From assembly GCF_988243305.1 (NCBI RefSeq), contig NZ_OZ547136.1: DNA of 64,000 nucleotides. The stretch is one strand, 5' to 3'. A program made the translations under genes and the position numbers. Every line of letters begins with the position of its first letter. Positions within the stretch are counted from its first letter, which is position 1. This document shows, piece after piece, positions 1-11,372 of the stretch. The notes under the pieces are model-generated. The model was not told where the DNA came from, made no database searches, and saw nothing but the letters and a program-made list of their open reading frames with translations.

Positions 1-2603
<2,603 letters not shown>

Positions 2604-2629
<26 letters not shown>

Positions 2630-3149
2630 TCAGCAACCCCGGTATCAGTTCATCCAGCGCGGCTGCTTTGTTCATGGCTTTGATGATATCCCGTTTCAGG
2701 AAATCAACATGTCGGTTTTCCAGTTCCGGAAAACGCCGCTGCACCGACAGGGGGATCCCGTCGAGAATACTGGCAATTTCACCTGCGATCCGCGACAGCA
2801 CGAAAGTACAGAATGCGGTTTCCACCACTTCAGCGGAGTCTCTGGCATTCTTCAGTTCCTGTGCGTCGGCCTGCGCACGCGTAAGTCGATGGCGTTCGTA
2901 CTCAATAGTCCCTGGCTGGAGATCTGCCTCGCTGGCCTGCCGCAGTTCTTCAACCTCCCGGCGCAGCTTTTCGTTCTCAATTTCAGCATCCCTTTCGGCA
3001 TACCATTTTATAACGGCAGCAGAGTCATAAAGCACCTCATTACCCTTGCCACCGCCTCGCAGAACGGGCATTCCCTGTTCCTGCCAGTTCTGAATGGTAC
3101 GGATACTCGCACCGAAAATGTCAGCCAGCTGCTTTTTGTTGACTTCCAT
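2604..3149 (-). CDS. nu1: Terminase small subunit gpNu1
   Basis: The 181-aa ORF MEVNKKQLADIFGASIRTIQNWQEQGMPVLRGGGKGNEVLYDSAAVIKWY... is recognised as lambda Nu1. Confidence 0.95.
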
Positions 3150-3326
3150 TGTTCATTCCACGGACAAAAACAGAGAAAGGAAACGACAGAGGCCAAAAAG
3201 CTCGCTTTCAGCACCTGTCGTTTCCTTTCTTTTCAGGTGGTGTTTTAAATAAAAACATTAAGTTACGGCGAAGAAGAACGGAAACGCCTTAAACCGGAAA
3301 ATTTTCATAAATAGCGAAAACCCGCG

Positions 3327-3338
3327 AGGTCGCCGCCC
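3327..3338. other. cos: cosN 12-nt cohesive-end sequence (cos region about 3245-3400)
   Basis: The plus strand reads AGGTCGCCGCCC, the reverse complement of lambda GGGCGGCGACCT. The flanking sequence (..CGCGGGTTTTCGCTATTTATGAAAATTTTCCGGTTTAAGGCG.. on the minus strand) matches the lambda left end. Confidence 0.85.
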
Positions 3339-3537
3339 CGTAACCTGTCGGATCGCCGGAAAGGACCCGCAAAATGATAATAATTATCATCTACATGTCA
3401 CAACGTGCATCTACGCCATCAAACCACGTCAAATAATCAATTATGACGCAGGTATCGTATTAATTGATCTGCATCAACTTAACGTAAAAACAACTTCAGA
3501 CAATACAAATCAGTGACACTGAATACAGGGCAACCTC

Positions 3538-3732
3538 ATGTCAACGAAGAACAGAACCCGCAGAACAACAACCCGCAACATCCGCTTTCCTAACCCAATG
3601 ATTGAACAAATTAACATCGCTCTTGATCAAAAAGGGTCTGGGAATTTCTCAGCCTGGGTCATTGAAGCCTGCCGTCGGAGACTAACGTCAGAAAAGAGAG
3701 CATATACATCAATCCAAAGTGATGATGAATAA
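3538..3732 (+). CDS. Small basic protein, equivalent to the lambda right-end orf64; possible ribbon-helix-helix
   Basis: The 64-aa ORF MSTKNRTRRTTTRNIRFPNPMIEQINIALDQKGSGNFSAWVIEACRRRL... has the same position and near-identical sequence to the lambda region next to cos. Confidence 0.55.
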   Translation: MSTKNRTRRTTTRNIRFPNPMIEQINIALDQKGSGNFSAWVIEACRRRLTSEKRAYTSIQSDDE

Positions 3733-4094
3733 ACATCCCGGTTTCTTCCACCATCGCACCGGAAAAGCAACTATGAGGGTAACCCTGCGTCTGTCAGCAC
3801 AGTAAAACCCGGTGTGCATCGTTTTTGATTATTCCCGCACACTCACGCAGAAGGAATTCCCCGTCGGGCTACGGTCATGGTTAATGCGGGAATACGGCGA
3901 CGATACAGCGCAGCTAAAAGGGTAATGGACAGAAAGAGCGGTTTATTTCATTCCACAGGATTCTGAGTGTCCCCAACTTCCTCCAATAGTCTGAGCGTAC
4001 ACCTATATAGTTTTAATTTTCATCAATCCATTTAACTATCGTTTAATTGTTGTCACATAGGATTCCGCCGTTTTTAACAATGCAGGATAATAAG

Positions 4095-4388
4095 ATGAAA
4101 AAAATGTTGTTTTCTGCCGCTCTGGCAATGCTTATTACAGGATGTGCTCAACAGACGTTTACTGTTGGAAACAAACCGACAGCAGTAACACCAAAGGAAA
4201 CCATCACCCATCACTTCTTCGTTTCGGGAATTGGACAGGAGAAAACTGTTGATGCAGCCAAAATTTGTGGCGGCGCAGAAAATGTTGTTAAAACAGAAAC
4301 CCAGCAAACATTCGTAAATGGATTGCTCGGTTTTATTACTTTAGGCATTTATACTCCGCTGGAAGCGCGTGTGTATTGCTCACAATAA
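4095..4388 (+). CDS. bor: Bor lipoprotein (serum resistance)
   Basis: I trimmed the start to MKKMLFSAALAMLITGCAQQTFTV... (97 aa). It has a lipobox LITGC and its C-terminus ...GIYTPLEARVYCSQ matches lambda Bor. Confidence 0.9.
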   Translation: MKKMLFSAALAMLITGCAQQTFTVGNKPTAVTPKETITHHFFVSGIGQEKTVDAAKICGGAENVVKTETQQTFVNGLLGFITLGIYTPLEARVYCSQ

Positions 4389-4419
4389 TTGCATGAGTTG
4401 CCCATCGATATGGGCAGCT

Positions 4420-4881
4420 CTATCTGCACTGCTCATTAATATACTTCTGGGTTCCTTCCAGTTGTTTTTGCATAGTGATCAGCCTCTCTCTGAGGGTGAA
4501 ATAATCCCGTTCAGCGGTGTCTGCCAGTCGGGGGGAGGCTGCATTATCCACGCCGGAGGCGGTGGTGGCTTCACGCACTGACTGACAGACTGCTTTGATG
4601 TGCAACCGACGACGACCAGCGGCAACATCATCACGCAGAGCATCATTTTCAGCTTTCGCATTAGCTAACTCCTTCGTGTATTTTTCATCCAGTGCAGCAA
4701 CATCACGCTGGCGCATCTGCATGTCAGTAATTGCCGCGTTCGCCAGCTTCAGTTCTCTGGCATTTTTGTCGCGCTGGGCTTTGTAGGTAATGGCGTTATC
4801 ACGGTAATGATTAACAGCCCATGACAGGCAGACGATGATGCAGATAACCAGAGCGGAGATAATCGCGGTTACTCTGTTCAT
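4420..4881 (-). CDS. Rz: Rz inner-membrane spanin
   Basis: I trimmed the start to [39 protein letters not shown]... (153 aa), lambda Rz-like. An ATGA overlap links it to the endolysin stop. Confidence 0.9.
   Translation of the reverse strand: MNRVTAIISALVICIIVCLSWAVNHYRDNAITYKAQRDKNARELKLANAAITDMQMRQRDVAALDEKYTKELANAKAENDALRDDVAAGRRRLHIKAVCQSVREATTASGVDNAASPRLADTAERDYFTLRERLITMQKQLEGTQKYINEQCR
4479..4661 (-). CDS. Rz1: Rz1 outer-membrane lipoprotein spanin, embedded in Rz
   Basis: The 60-aa [55 protein letters not shown] lies in the +1 frame inside Rz. It has a lipobox and is proline-rich. Confidence 0.9.
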   Translation of the reverse strand: MRKLKMMLCVMMLPLVVVGCTSKQSVSQCVKPPPPPAWIMQPPPDWQTPLNGIISPSERG

Positions 4882-5375
4882 TGCTGACCCCACAAACAGA
4901 TTTCACGCTCAATCTCACGACGAGTCATGAGACCTTTCCATTGCTTACCGCCAGCATATGTCCAGCGACGTAGCTGATCACATGCGCCTTTGATATCGCC
5001 CTGGTTTATTTTGCGAAGAAGCGTCGATGTTCTGAAATTGCCAGCGCCCACGTTGTAAACGAACGAGTAAAGAGCGCCGCGCGTTGTTTCCGGTATATCA
5101 ACTTTGATGTACGGGTTAATTTGTCTGGCGACCGTGGCAAGGTCTTTATTCAGGAGGGCTTTGCATTCTGCTTTGGTATACGTTTTACCGAGCATGATGT
5201 CTTTTCCTGTATGCCCGTGACATACAGTCCATACACCAACAATATCTTTGTATGGTATGTAGCTGACACCTTCCAGACCATCGTTACCACTTGGGCCAGT
5301 AATTAACACTGATGCTATAGCAATTGCTCCGCCACCAATAGCAGCAGCAACGGCTTTTCGTAATGATGGAGGCAT
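4878..5375 (-). CDS. R: SAR endolysin (P21 R / RrrD-type lysozyme)
   Basis: The 165-aa ORF has a Gly/Ala-rich N-terminal signal-anchor-release segment ([18 protein letters not shown]) followed by a T4-lysozyme-like core. Confidence 0.9.
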   Translation of the reverse strand: MPPSLRKAVAAAIGGGAIAIASVLITGPSGNDGLEGVSYIPYKDIVGVWTVCHGHTGKDIMLGKTYTKAECKALLNKDLATVARQINPYIKVDIPETTRGALYSFVYNVGAGNFRTSTLLRKINQGDIKGACDQLRRWTYAGGKQWKGLMTRREIEREICLWGQQ

Positions 5376-5590
5376 TATTCACCTCTCGCAGCCTTGCGCT
5401 TATCTTCTTTAATCTTGAAATAAAGGTTTGTCAGGTACGTCAGCAGGCCAAATACCAGGCTACCCAGCACACCTATTGCTGCCCACTGTGAGGGCGTGAC
5501 TTTATCGAGCAGCTGTAAAAACCAGTAGCCAGCACTGCCTGCGGAGGTGCCGTAGGCAATGCCTGTTGAAATTTTGTCCATGGATTTCAT
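5375..5590 (-). CDS. S: Pinholin, S21/EssD type (dual-start motif MKSM)
   Basis: I trimmed the start to [71 protein letters not shown] (71 aa). It has two TM segments and lies directly upstream of the endolysin. Confidence 0.85.
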   Translation of the reverse strand: MKSMDKISTGIAYGTSAGSAGYWFLQLLDKVTPSQWAAIGVLGSLVFGLLTYLTNLYFKIKEDKRKAARGE

Positions 5591-5841
5591 AGCCTCACCT
5601 CCGCACGGAACGGATGGCATAGTTATTATGTGTAGGCTTTCAGACACATCAATCAGAGCCTTAATTGATATATATGCTGGAGACGATGCAATATAAAAAG
5701 CTCGCCATAGCGAGCTAATAAAATGTATTTCTCTGATATTATGTTTATTTGTATTAGCTCAGACTTGACATCACAGGTTTCGTATATAGAACATCATCAA
5801 ATCTGTCAGTTTGCTATGAATGAGATATAGTAATTGAAGAG

Positions 5842-6237
5842 CTAACCTCGCATGTCAAAGCCAGATTTCTGAAAATCTCTGTAGACTTCCGGATTGTTGA
5901 AGGCCGGAAATTTGGCTTTATGAGCTGCGGACTTTATCGCTTCGCAATAGGCTTTATCACCGTTACTGGTAGATATTTTTAACGCCGTGCCATCCTGAGA
6001 GAATTCCATATGCAACCTGCATTTTTTCCCTTTCCAGTTATGCGGCTCATCAAGTTTGGCATTAATTGCAGCTCTGATTCCCCGCGCTTGCGCCCCCCAT
6101 TCATCCTGATCATCCCAGCGTCCTGAACTGCAACTACCTGTAGCAGTAGTTTTGTGGCAATCTGAAGGGTGTAAAGGTGTGCATCCCGCAACAAAACCGA
6201 CCCAAAAAGTCAACATAACGATTTTCTTTAATCCCAC
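5842..6237 (-). CDS. Lipoprotein with a weak TolA C-terminal-domain-like region
   Basis: The signal peptide ends in the lipobox FVAGC. The C-terminal part KKCRLHMEFSQDGTALKISTSNGDKAYCEAIKSAAHKAKFPAFNNPEVYRDFQ keeps the two-Cys TolAIII-like pattern. Confidence 0.55.
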   Translation of the reverse strand: MGLKKIVMLTFWVGFVAGCTPLHPSDCHKTTATGSCSSGRWDDQDEWGAQARGIRAAINAKLDEPHNWKGKKCRLHMEFSQDGTALKISTSNGDKAYCEAIKSAAHKAKFPAFNNPEVYRDFQKSGFDMRG

Positions 6238-6387
6238 TTCTTGCTCCTCAATCCATTAAAATCTCAGCAATAGTAGTTGTTACGTCCGCCACTGGCTCAG
6301 AGCTGACTATCCGCTAAATTTAGCTCAGTGCCGTAGCTGTGTCAGAACAAACCTAAGCCGAAACCGTTTATTACAAAACAATAAATA

Positions 6388-6816
6388 TCAGGGTTTAAAA
6401 TCCAGCACCCCATTTTGAAATACTTTATATACTTCCGGCGAAGGGGGGGCAGGTATATCAGCATTCTTTATCGCATTCATCGCTTCACGACATAAATCGA
6501 GGTCTCCACTTTCTCTTTTAACCTCCAGTAGAAGGCCATTCGGGGCCATATGCATTCTCAGTGTACACTCTTTTCCTGAATACTTACTCGCATCCCCGAA
6601 CTGTTTTTCGATGGCGCTCTTGATTTGATGGGCATACAGACGGATATTCTCACTAACATCAGAAGTACGTTCAGATGAACTCACATACTGTGTCTCTATT
6701 GCTTTATCGGAGTAATATGATGTACGGTCATGATAATTTGTCGATACAGCATCAGTGCACCCGATAATAATCCCACTAATAATCAACGTAAGAATTGATG
6801 CGCTACGAAAACCCAT
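6388..6816 (-). CDS. Lipoprotein carrying a TolA domain III (C-terminal domain) homologue
   Basis: It has a lipobox IIIGC. The C-terminal 80 aa YAHQIKSAIEKQFGDASKYSGKECTLRMHMAPNGLLLEVKRESGDLDLCREAMNAIKNADIPAPPSPEVYKVFQNGVLDFKP align by eye to the remembered E. coli TolA C-terminus. Confidence 0.75.
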   Translation of the reverse strand: MGFRSASILTLIISGIIIGCTDAVSTNYHDRTSYYSDKAIETQYVSSSERTSDVSENIRLYAHQIKSAIEKQFGDASKYSGKECTLRMHMAPNGLLLEVKRESGDLDLCREAMNAIKNADIPAPPSPEVYKVFQNGVLDFKP

Positions 6817-7349
6817 TTTTCCTCACATATGTCATATAGTAAAGGATTATATATACCGTTGTTTTGGACGCTCAAACAGCGAATCAGATCAAATAAAACG
6901 CACATTTGTTAACATTTACACAAAGTCTGCGTGGGATATTCTGAAAGAATATCCATAATGTGGAGAGAATCTATTGAAGTGCATGGTGCCGGGTGCCTCC
7001 CGGTGAATTCAGTACCAGCACCTGAATCCGCGATTATCCCATATACCTACTCGCTGATTGCCCCTCCGCACAGGGGGATTCACCATGCCAGTTTCTTTTA
7101 ACAAACTCCCCGCAAACCAGAGAACAGTCAACCGCCTGAATTGTGAAGTATTTAAAAATTTCTCCCGCTAACTGATACCCGGCTAACAGTCTGGCGTTTT
7201 CTTTTTCAGCAACGGGAAAGCAACAACCACCACACCCGCCACCAGCACACCGTCAGCCAGCACTGACATTATCCGGCTGCTGCAATGCCATTCACAAAAA
7301 CAGTAAGCAATCACTTTTTACCGTAACAGGTGATAATCCAGATATGTAT

Positions 7350-7703
7350 CTACCCCAGATGAGTAATCCGAAGTTCATCCATACCACAGGTCCTGGCTAT
7401 TCTGTTGTACTCCTGAACAAGAGCAAATAATTCTGAATTAGCAACCATGAACTCATCGCAAACCCTCTGTATAGCATCACTATTCAGAAGAATAACGTCT
7501 CTTCCCGAAAGACGATCAGGAGTACAGAACAAAACTGTCAAACGGCTGAAGGCCTTTGCTCGTGCTGCATTGACTATATCAATACGCTGCCTAAGGATGA
7601 AACACCCCGACGCCTCATCAATATTCACTCTACCCACACCATATGAATGATAAATATTTAATGCTGAAAAAACCATTAGACCGTATAACAAACACTCAAT
7701 CAA
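7350..7703 (-). CDS. Hypothetical protein (117 aa) in an AT-rich moron region
   Basis: This is the only long ORF between the tRNAs and the lipoprotein genes. I recognise no family. Confidence 0.4.
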   Translation of the reverse strand: MIECLLYGLMVFSALNIYHSYGVGRVNIDEASGCFILRQRIDIVNAARAKAFSRLTVLFCTPDRLSGRDVILLNSDAIQRVCDEFMVANSELFALVQEYNRIARTCGMDELRITHLG

Positions 7704-7813
7704 TACTTAACAGAACTTTTATTTTTGACAAACATATAATATTTTCAACAATATCCTGAGCCAGGTATATTCCAGTATAAGGCTCTGCCGGAAGGAATCT
7801 GGAAGAATGAATA

Positions 7814-7890
7814 TGGCGCGCTGTACTGGATTCGAACCAGTAACCGATTGCTTAGAAGGCAATTGCTCTGTCCGGCTGAGCTAACAACGC
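7814..7890 (-). tRNA. tRNA-Arg (anticodon UCU, reads AGA)
   Basis: The reverse complement GCGTTGTTAGCTCAGCCGGACAGAGCAATTGCCTTCTAAGCAATCGGTTACTGGTTCGAATCCAGTACAGCGCGCCA folds as a cloverleaf. The acceptor stem GCGTTGT/ACAGCGC pairs, the anticodon loop is CT-TCT-AA, TPsiC is GGTTCGAATCC, and the CCA is encoded. Confidence 0.9.
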
Positions 7891-7994
7891 TGAATACCGA
7901 TAATGGACCGCTATCGGGGACCCGCCCCCCCCCGCACCAACAACCCTGTTATCGTGTCGTCTGCTCTTCCTGATAAGCTCATGGCGGTTTGTGA

Positions 7995-8070
7995 TGGTGG
8001 CCCTTGCTGGATTTGAACCAGCGACCTGGCGATTATGAGTCGCTCGCTCTCACCACTGAGCTAAAGGGCC
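7995..8070 (-). tRNA. tRNA with CAU anticodon, ileX/ileZ-like (Ile2, lysidine-type) rather than Met
   Basis: The reverse complement GGCCCTTTAGCTCAGTGGTGAGAGCGAGCGACTCATAATCGCCAGGTCGCTGGTTCAAATCCAGCAAGGGCCACCA closely resembles E. coli ileX as I recall it. The acceptor stem is GGCCCTT/AAGGGCC. Confidence 0.85.
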
Positions 8071-8106
8071 GGGAGCAGAATAATAACGGTCCGTAATTAA
8101 TTCCGC

Positions 8107-8133
8107 AATAAAAAACCCGCTCGGCGGCGGGTT
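8107..8133 (-). terminator. tR'-like intrinsic terminator downstream of the late promoter
   Basis: The minus strand reads AACCCGCCGCCGAGCGGGTTTTTTATT, a GC stem followed by a U-run. It lies between Q and the tRNAs. Confidence 0.6.
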
Positions 8134-8180
8134 GTAGAAACTCTTCTAACGTCAGGCATAAAAAGCCCATCGTTATGATG

Positions 8181-8208
8181 AATTTACCACAGATTTCGGA
8201 AAAATCAA
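8181..8208 (-). promoter_or_regulatory. pR'-like late promoter (Q-modified)
   Basis: The minus strand reads TTGATT-16 nt-TAAATT, immediately downstream of the Q stop and upstream of the terminator above. Confidence 0.5.
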
Positions 8209-8213
8209 CCTTG

Positions 8214-9035
8214 TTACCTAGTTACCTTTTTTAACTGCCGCTCAGCCCATCCTTCTTCAATATCAAACCGGGTCACCAGCGCATCATAGAATTTCTTAAC
8301 TGTTTTTTCCCATGACGCGCGTGTTATCTGGTTTGTCACCTCGCATATAGCATTAAATGCCTCCGTTGATGGTAGTCTTTCATAGCCACGACCACCACAA
8401 CGCTGGCAGTCTCTGATAACAGGCATACCACGTTTTACCGACTCTTCACGGTGAATGGCGACACCACGCCCACGGCAATCCTTACAGGCGGTGGAAACCT
8501 CACCCTTTCCGCCACACTCCGGACAGGCAACTTTTACCACCTCCCTGACTTTTTTCCATTCTTCCCAGTAAGACGGATACACACCTTTCGTACACTTTGC
8601 CCATACCGGCGGCTTACCATCCGGATACTGGACCTTGTTTGTAAAAACTACGCTTTCAATAAATTTTTCCCCATAGCAACAAGGGCACTGCTTTTTACTC
8701 GCTGCGCTGCGGGCATAATCCTCAAAAGCGTACGAAGCCATAATGCGCATCACTACCGGTTTTATTTCTGCCGGAAGTTTTCTCAACGCCGCCACACGAT
8801 CGCACCGACTGAGTGCATAATCTGCCAGTAATTCTGTTGCCCGCGCCCTGTCATTCATACTGATGCCCATTTTCCCCAGGAACGCAGAAAACCCCATCTC
8901 AGCCCGATTCTGTGTCATGCCCTGCGCGGCCATCACATCAGTGATACTCAGCGCATCTTTTGACGTTGAGGCCGATGCATCGGTCAGGCAAGGGGATTTT
9001 GGGGAGTAGTATTTCGGTAAATCTTCCAGTTTCAT
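8214..9035 (-). CDS. Late-gene antiterminator Q
   Basis: The 273-aa ORF has repeated CxxC zinc-ribbon motifs (CPCCYG, CPECGGKG, CKDCRGRG, CQRCGGRG). Its position between rusA and pR' is typical of the Qin/P21-type Q family. Confidence 0.8.
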   Translation of the reverse strand: MKLEDLPKYYSPKSPCLTDASASTSKDALSITDVMAAQGMTQNRAEMGFSAFLGKMGISMNDRARATELLADYALSRCDRVAALRKLPAEIKPVVMRIMASYAFEDYARSAASKKQCPCCYGEKFIESVVFTNKVQYPDGKPPVWAKCTKGVYPSYWEEWKKVREVVKVACPECGGKGEVSTACKDCRGRGVAIHREESVKRGMPVIRDCQRCGGRGYERLPSTEAFNAICEVTNQITRASWEKTVKKFYDALVTRFDIEEGWAERQLKKVTR

Positions 9036-9409
9036 TTTTTGACCTGCTCTTCATGCATTATGGGGTAAATCTTCACCCCCAGACGTCCACCAGATACTGG
9101 CTGACCACGAACGATATTGATTTCATCAAACTGCTCATCGTCCATTAACACTCCCGCATGCGTCAGCGCATCCAGCGGTGCTTTCAGGATATTGTCCAGG
9201 TCGCGACGACGCTTATCCGGTGGCTCTGCAATCACCTTTATCGCCAGCCTTCCGGACAGGCTTAATTTCAGCCGCTGCTGGCGAACAATAAGCGCCACAG
9301 CCCGGCGATAACGCTTTCCCTCCTCCGAGATAAAATATGTGCTGCCACGGCGTCGCCAGTAAGTGTTCACCGTCGGCGGGTAAGGTAAAACCAAATCTAT
9401 GAGCATCAC
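9032..9409 (-). CDS. rusA: RusA Holliday-junction resolvase
   Basis: The ORF MMLIDLVLPYPPTVNTYWRRRGSTYFISEEGKRYR...DLDNILKAPLDALTHAGVLMDDEQ carries RusA family motifs. Confidence 0.9.
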   Translation of the reverse strand: MMLIDLVLPYPPTVNTYWRRRGSTYFISEEGKRYRRAVALIVRQQRLKLSLSGRLAIKVIAEPPDKRRRDLDNILKAPLDALTHAGVLMDDEQFDEINIVRGQPVSGGRLGVKIYPIMHEEQVKK

Positions 9410-9418
9410 TCACCTCTT

Positions 9419-10468
9419 TTACCCAAGCACGCCAGTTGCAAAGGCGTGATCAAGAAAACGAAAAATTAAATCAACCTGAGAACCATGCTTTTCTTCGAAC
9501 GCCAGAGGATCCGCATGAAGCTCGTTGTGATGCTCCCGACACAGCGGTAGCGTGAAAATATCGTGAGATTTTGTCCCCATTCCGCCCTGACCATGACCAA
9601 TCAGGTGATGGGGATCGTCGGCTGGCTTACCACAATACGCACACGGCTGTGTCTTCACCCAGCGTGTGTATTTCTCGTTAACCCAGCGGCGACGTTTAGG
9701 TCGTTTCATGAAAGATTCCGGAGACTCAGGATCAACGGCAATGCTGACCACCGTCTTTTCCTGTGGTGGGTTCTGTTGCTGGTGGGCGTGAGGCAGCGGC
9801 GCAAGATTTTTTGTGCGCTGTTTCAGTATGCTGGTGGCGGTCTGCTCTCCCGGTACGATGTCGCTTTCACGGTACATTGAGCGGATTTTTTCCGCACGCA
9901 ACCCCAGCGAACGACGTAATACCGCTTCCGGTAGCGCGTCCGCCACCTGATTGCGGACCGCCCACCAGGATAATTCAGCCAGCGATAATTCCCGCTCCTG
10001 TGTGCCATTCATTGCGTGACGAATGACGTCAATCATCCATGCTGACAAGTTTTGGTGAGCAAGTTGCTCAAGTGATTCGGAGGTCTGGTCACGCAACTGG
10101 TTGTCGCAGTGCCAGCACAACACCATTGCGCCGGTACCATAACGGTGAATGACGGTTTCGCTGTGATGATAATCGCCGTGTGGCCACTGGCAGGATTTAA
10201 TATGGCGCAACAGCCAGTCAGACAATGCACCAGCACCACCAGCAGCACGAATCACCCGTGCGTTACTGAAAAACGGCAGCAATGTTTTGTCTTCCACCAG
10301 CGGCTGGCGAACGGCAGGAACGCCCCCGGACGGCAGATTACGCATGCTTTTCGGTTCCGGCTCCACCAGTACCCGGGTATTGTGGAATACCGGCATGGAT
10401 TCACGGCCCGGCTTAACGATCACCAGCCCGAGTTCCGGTACCAGAACAGGTCGAAGTAATACTCGCAC
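9419..10468 (-). CDS. ydfU: DUF968 protein YdfU
   Basis: The 349-aa ORF MRVLLRPVLVPELGLV...CAYCGKPADDPHHLIGHGQGGMGTKSHD... is recognised as Qin YdfU. It has an HNH-like C-terminus. Confidence 0.85.
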   Translation of the reverse strand: MRVLLRPVLVPELGLVIVKPGRESMPVFHNTRVLVEPEPKSMRNLPSGGVPAVRQPLVEDKTLLPFFSNARVIRAAGGAGALSDWLLRHIKSCQWPHGDYHHSETVIHRYGTGAMVLCWHCDNQLRDQTSESLEQLAHQNLSAWMIDVIRHAMNGTQERELSLAELSWWAVRNQVADALPEAVLRRSLGLRAEKIRSMYRESDIVPGEQTATSILKQRTKNLAPLPHAHQQQNPPQEKTVVSIAVDPESPESFMKRPKRRRWVNEKYTRWVKTQPCAYCGKPADDPHHLIGHGQGGMGTKSHDIFTLPLCREHHNELHADPLAFEEKHGSQVDLIFRFLDHAFATGVLG

Positions 10469-10469
10469 G

Positions 10470-10748
10470 TTACCTCCAGATGCGTTGCTGGAATGTGCGG
10501 GACGGACGCGGTGATCGTTCGGAGTAAGGAAGCCTGACGGAGATTATCCAGTGACGATAATCGAGGCTGAGGGCTTTCTTAATCTCGTATCCGTGTCTGC
10601 GGTAGCACTGAATTAGCCACTCGGCCTGTTCTTCAGTGCATGGGGGATGCTGGAACCAGTCAGATTTGAAAGTGCGGGAACGCCGCCCGTGCCTGCTGGC
10701 AAAGACGGCAGAATCATCAGAATTGTGTAATTTGGTATCGTGCGCCAT
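10470..10748 (-). CDS. Hypothetical protein in the position of Qin rem
   Basis: I trimmed the ORF to MAHDTKLHNSDDSAVFASRHGRR... (92 aa). It lies between hokD and ydfU. I could not confirm identity to Rem from memory. Confidence 0.45.
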   Translation of the reverse strand: MAHDTKLHNSDDSAVFASRHGRRSRTFKSDWFQHPPCTEEQAEWLIQCYRRHGYEIKKALSLDYRHWIISVRLPYSERSPRPSRTFQQRIWR

Positions 10749-10915
10749 CGGTTGTCTCTGCTGGCGCAGCAGGTGCCAGTTGTTCAGGCTGGCGTGCGAA
10801 TTGTAAACCAGAATGCCAGGAAAAAACAAAACCCGCCGAAGCGGGTTACGTGCGGGTGCGTTGAGGATGCCTGACACATCAGAGGTGGCGAGGGATTTCT
10901 CCCTCGCCGGGTCTC

Positions 10916-11071
10916 TTACTCCTCAGGTTCGTAAACTGTGAAGACAGCGACCTCCGTCTGGCCGGTTCGGATTCGTACCTCGCAGAGGTCTTTCCTCGTT
11001 ACCAGTGCCGTCACTATGACGGTTAAACAGATGACGATCAGGGCGATTAACATCGCCTTTTGCTGCTTCAT
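10916..11071 (-). CDS. hokD: HokD (RelF) type I toxin; the 70-aa overlapping ORF to 11128 is the mok-like frame
   Basis: The ORF MKQQKAMLIALIVICLTVIVTALVTRKDLCEVRIRTGQTEVAVFTVYEPEE (51 aa) belongs to the Hok family. Confidence 0.9.
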   Translation of the reverse strand: MKQQKAMLIALIVICLTVIVTALVTRKDLCEVRIRTGQTEVAVFTVYEPEE

Positions 11072-11282
11072 AGCCTGCTTCTCCTTGCCTTTCGGCACGT
11101 AAGAGGCTAACCTAGATTTGCCGTTCATAGATTGAGCCTCAGATTAATGTTAAGCGTCTTGCAGGACGCGTAATGTTAACTGGGGCTTTTCTCTATCTGC
11201 CTTTGGTGTTCATGCCTGAGGCAGATAGCCTCAAGCACCCGCAGCAATTCTACTTAACTCCCGTCACCTCGCCAATATAAAA

Positions 11283-11372
11283 TCAATCAGAAAGGCGATC
11301 CATAAGAACAACAGCAAGACAATAAATTGCCATTACAGCCGCAATAGCTAGCGCACATTTGAGAACCAGCAC
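11283..11372 (-). CDS. Candidate 29-aa hydrophobic peptide (GTG start)
   Basis: The minus strand reads AGGAGG-5 nt-GTG and then LVLKCALAIAAVMAIYCLAVVLMDRLSD-stop. It was not in the ORF track because it is under 60 aa. I recognise no family. Confidence 0.3.
   Translation of the reverse strand: MLVLKCALAIAAVMAIYCLAVVLMDRLSD

Noticed and set aside
5648-8213. Shiga-toxin or other known toxin genes in the Q-to-holin moron slot
   Set aside because: No ORF there resembles StxA/StxB. The slot holds two tRNAs, a 117-aa unknown ORF and the two TolAIII-like lipoproteins. A possible 28-aa TM ORF (about 7192-7278, minus strand) lacks supporting signals and was not called.
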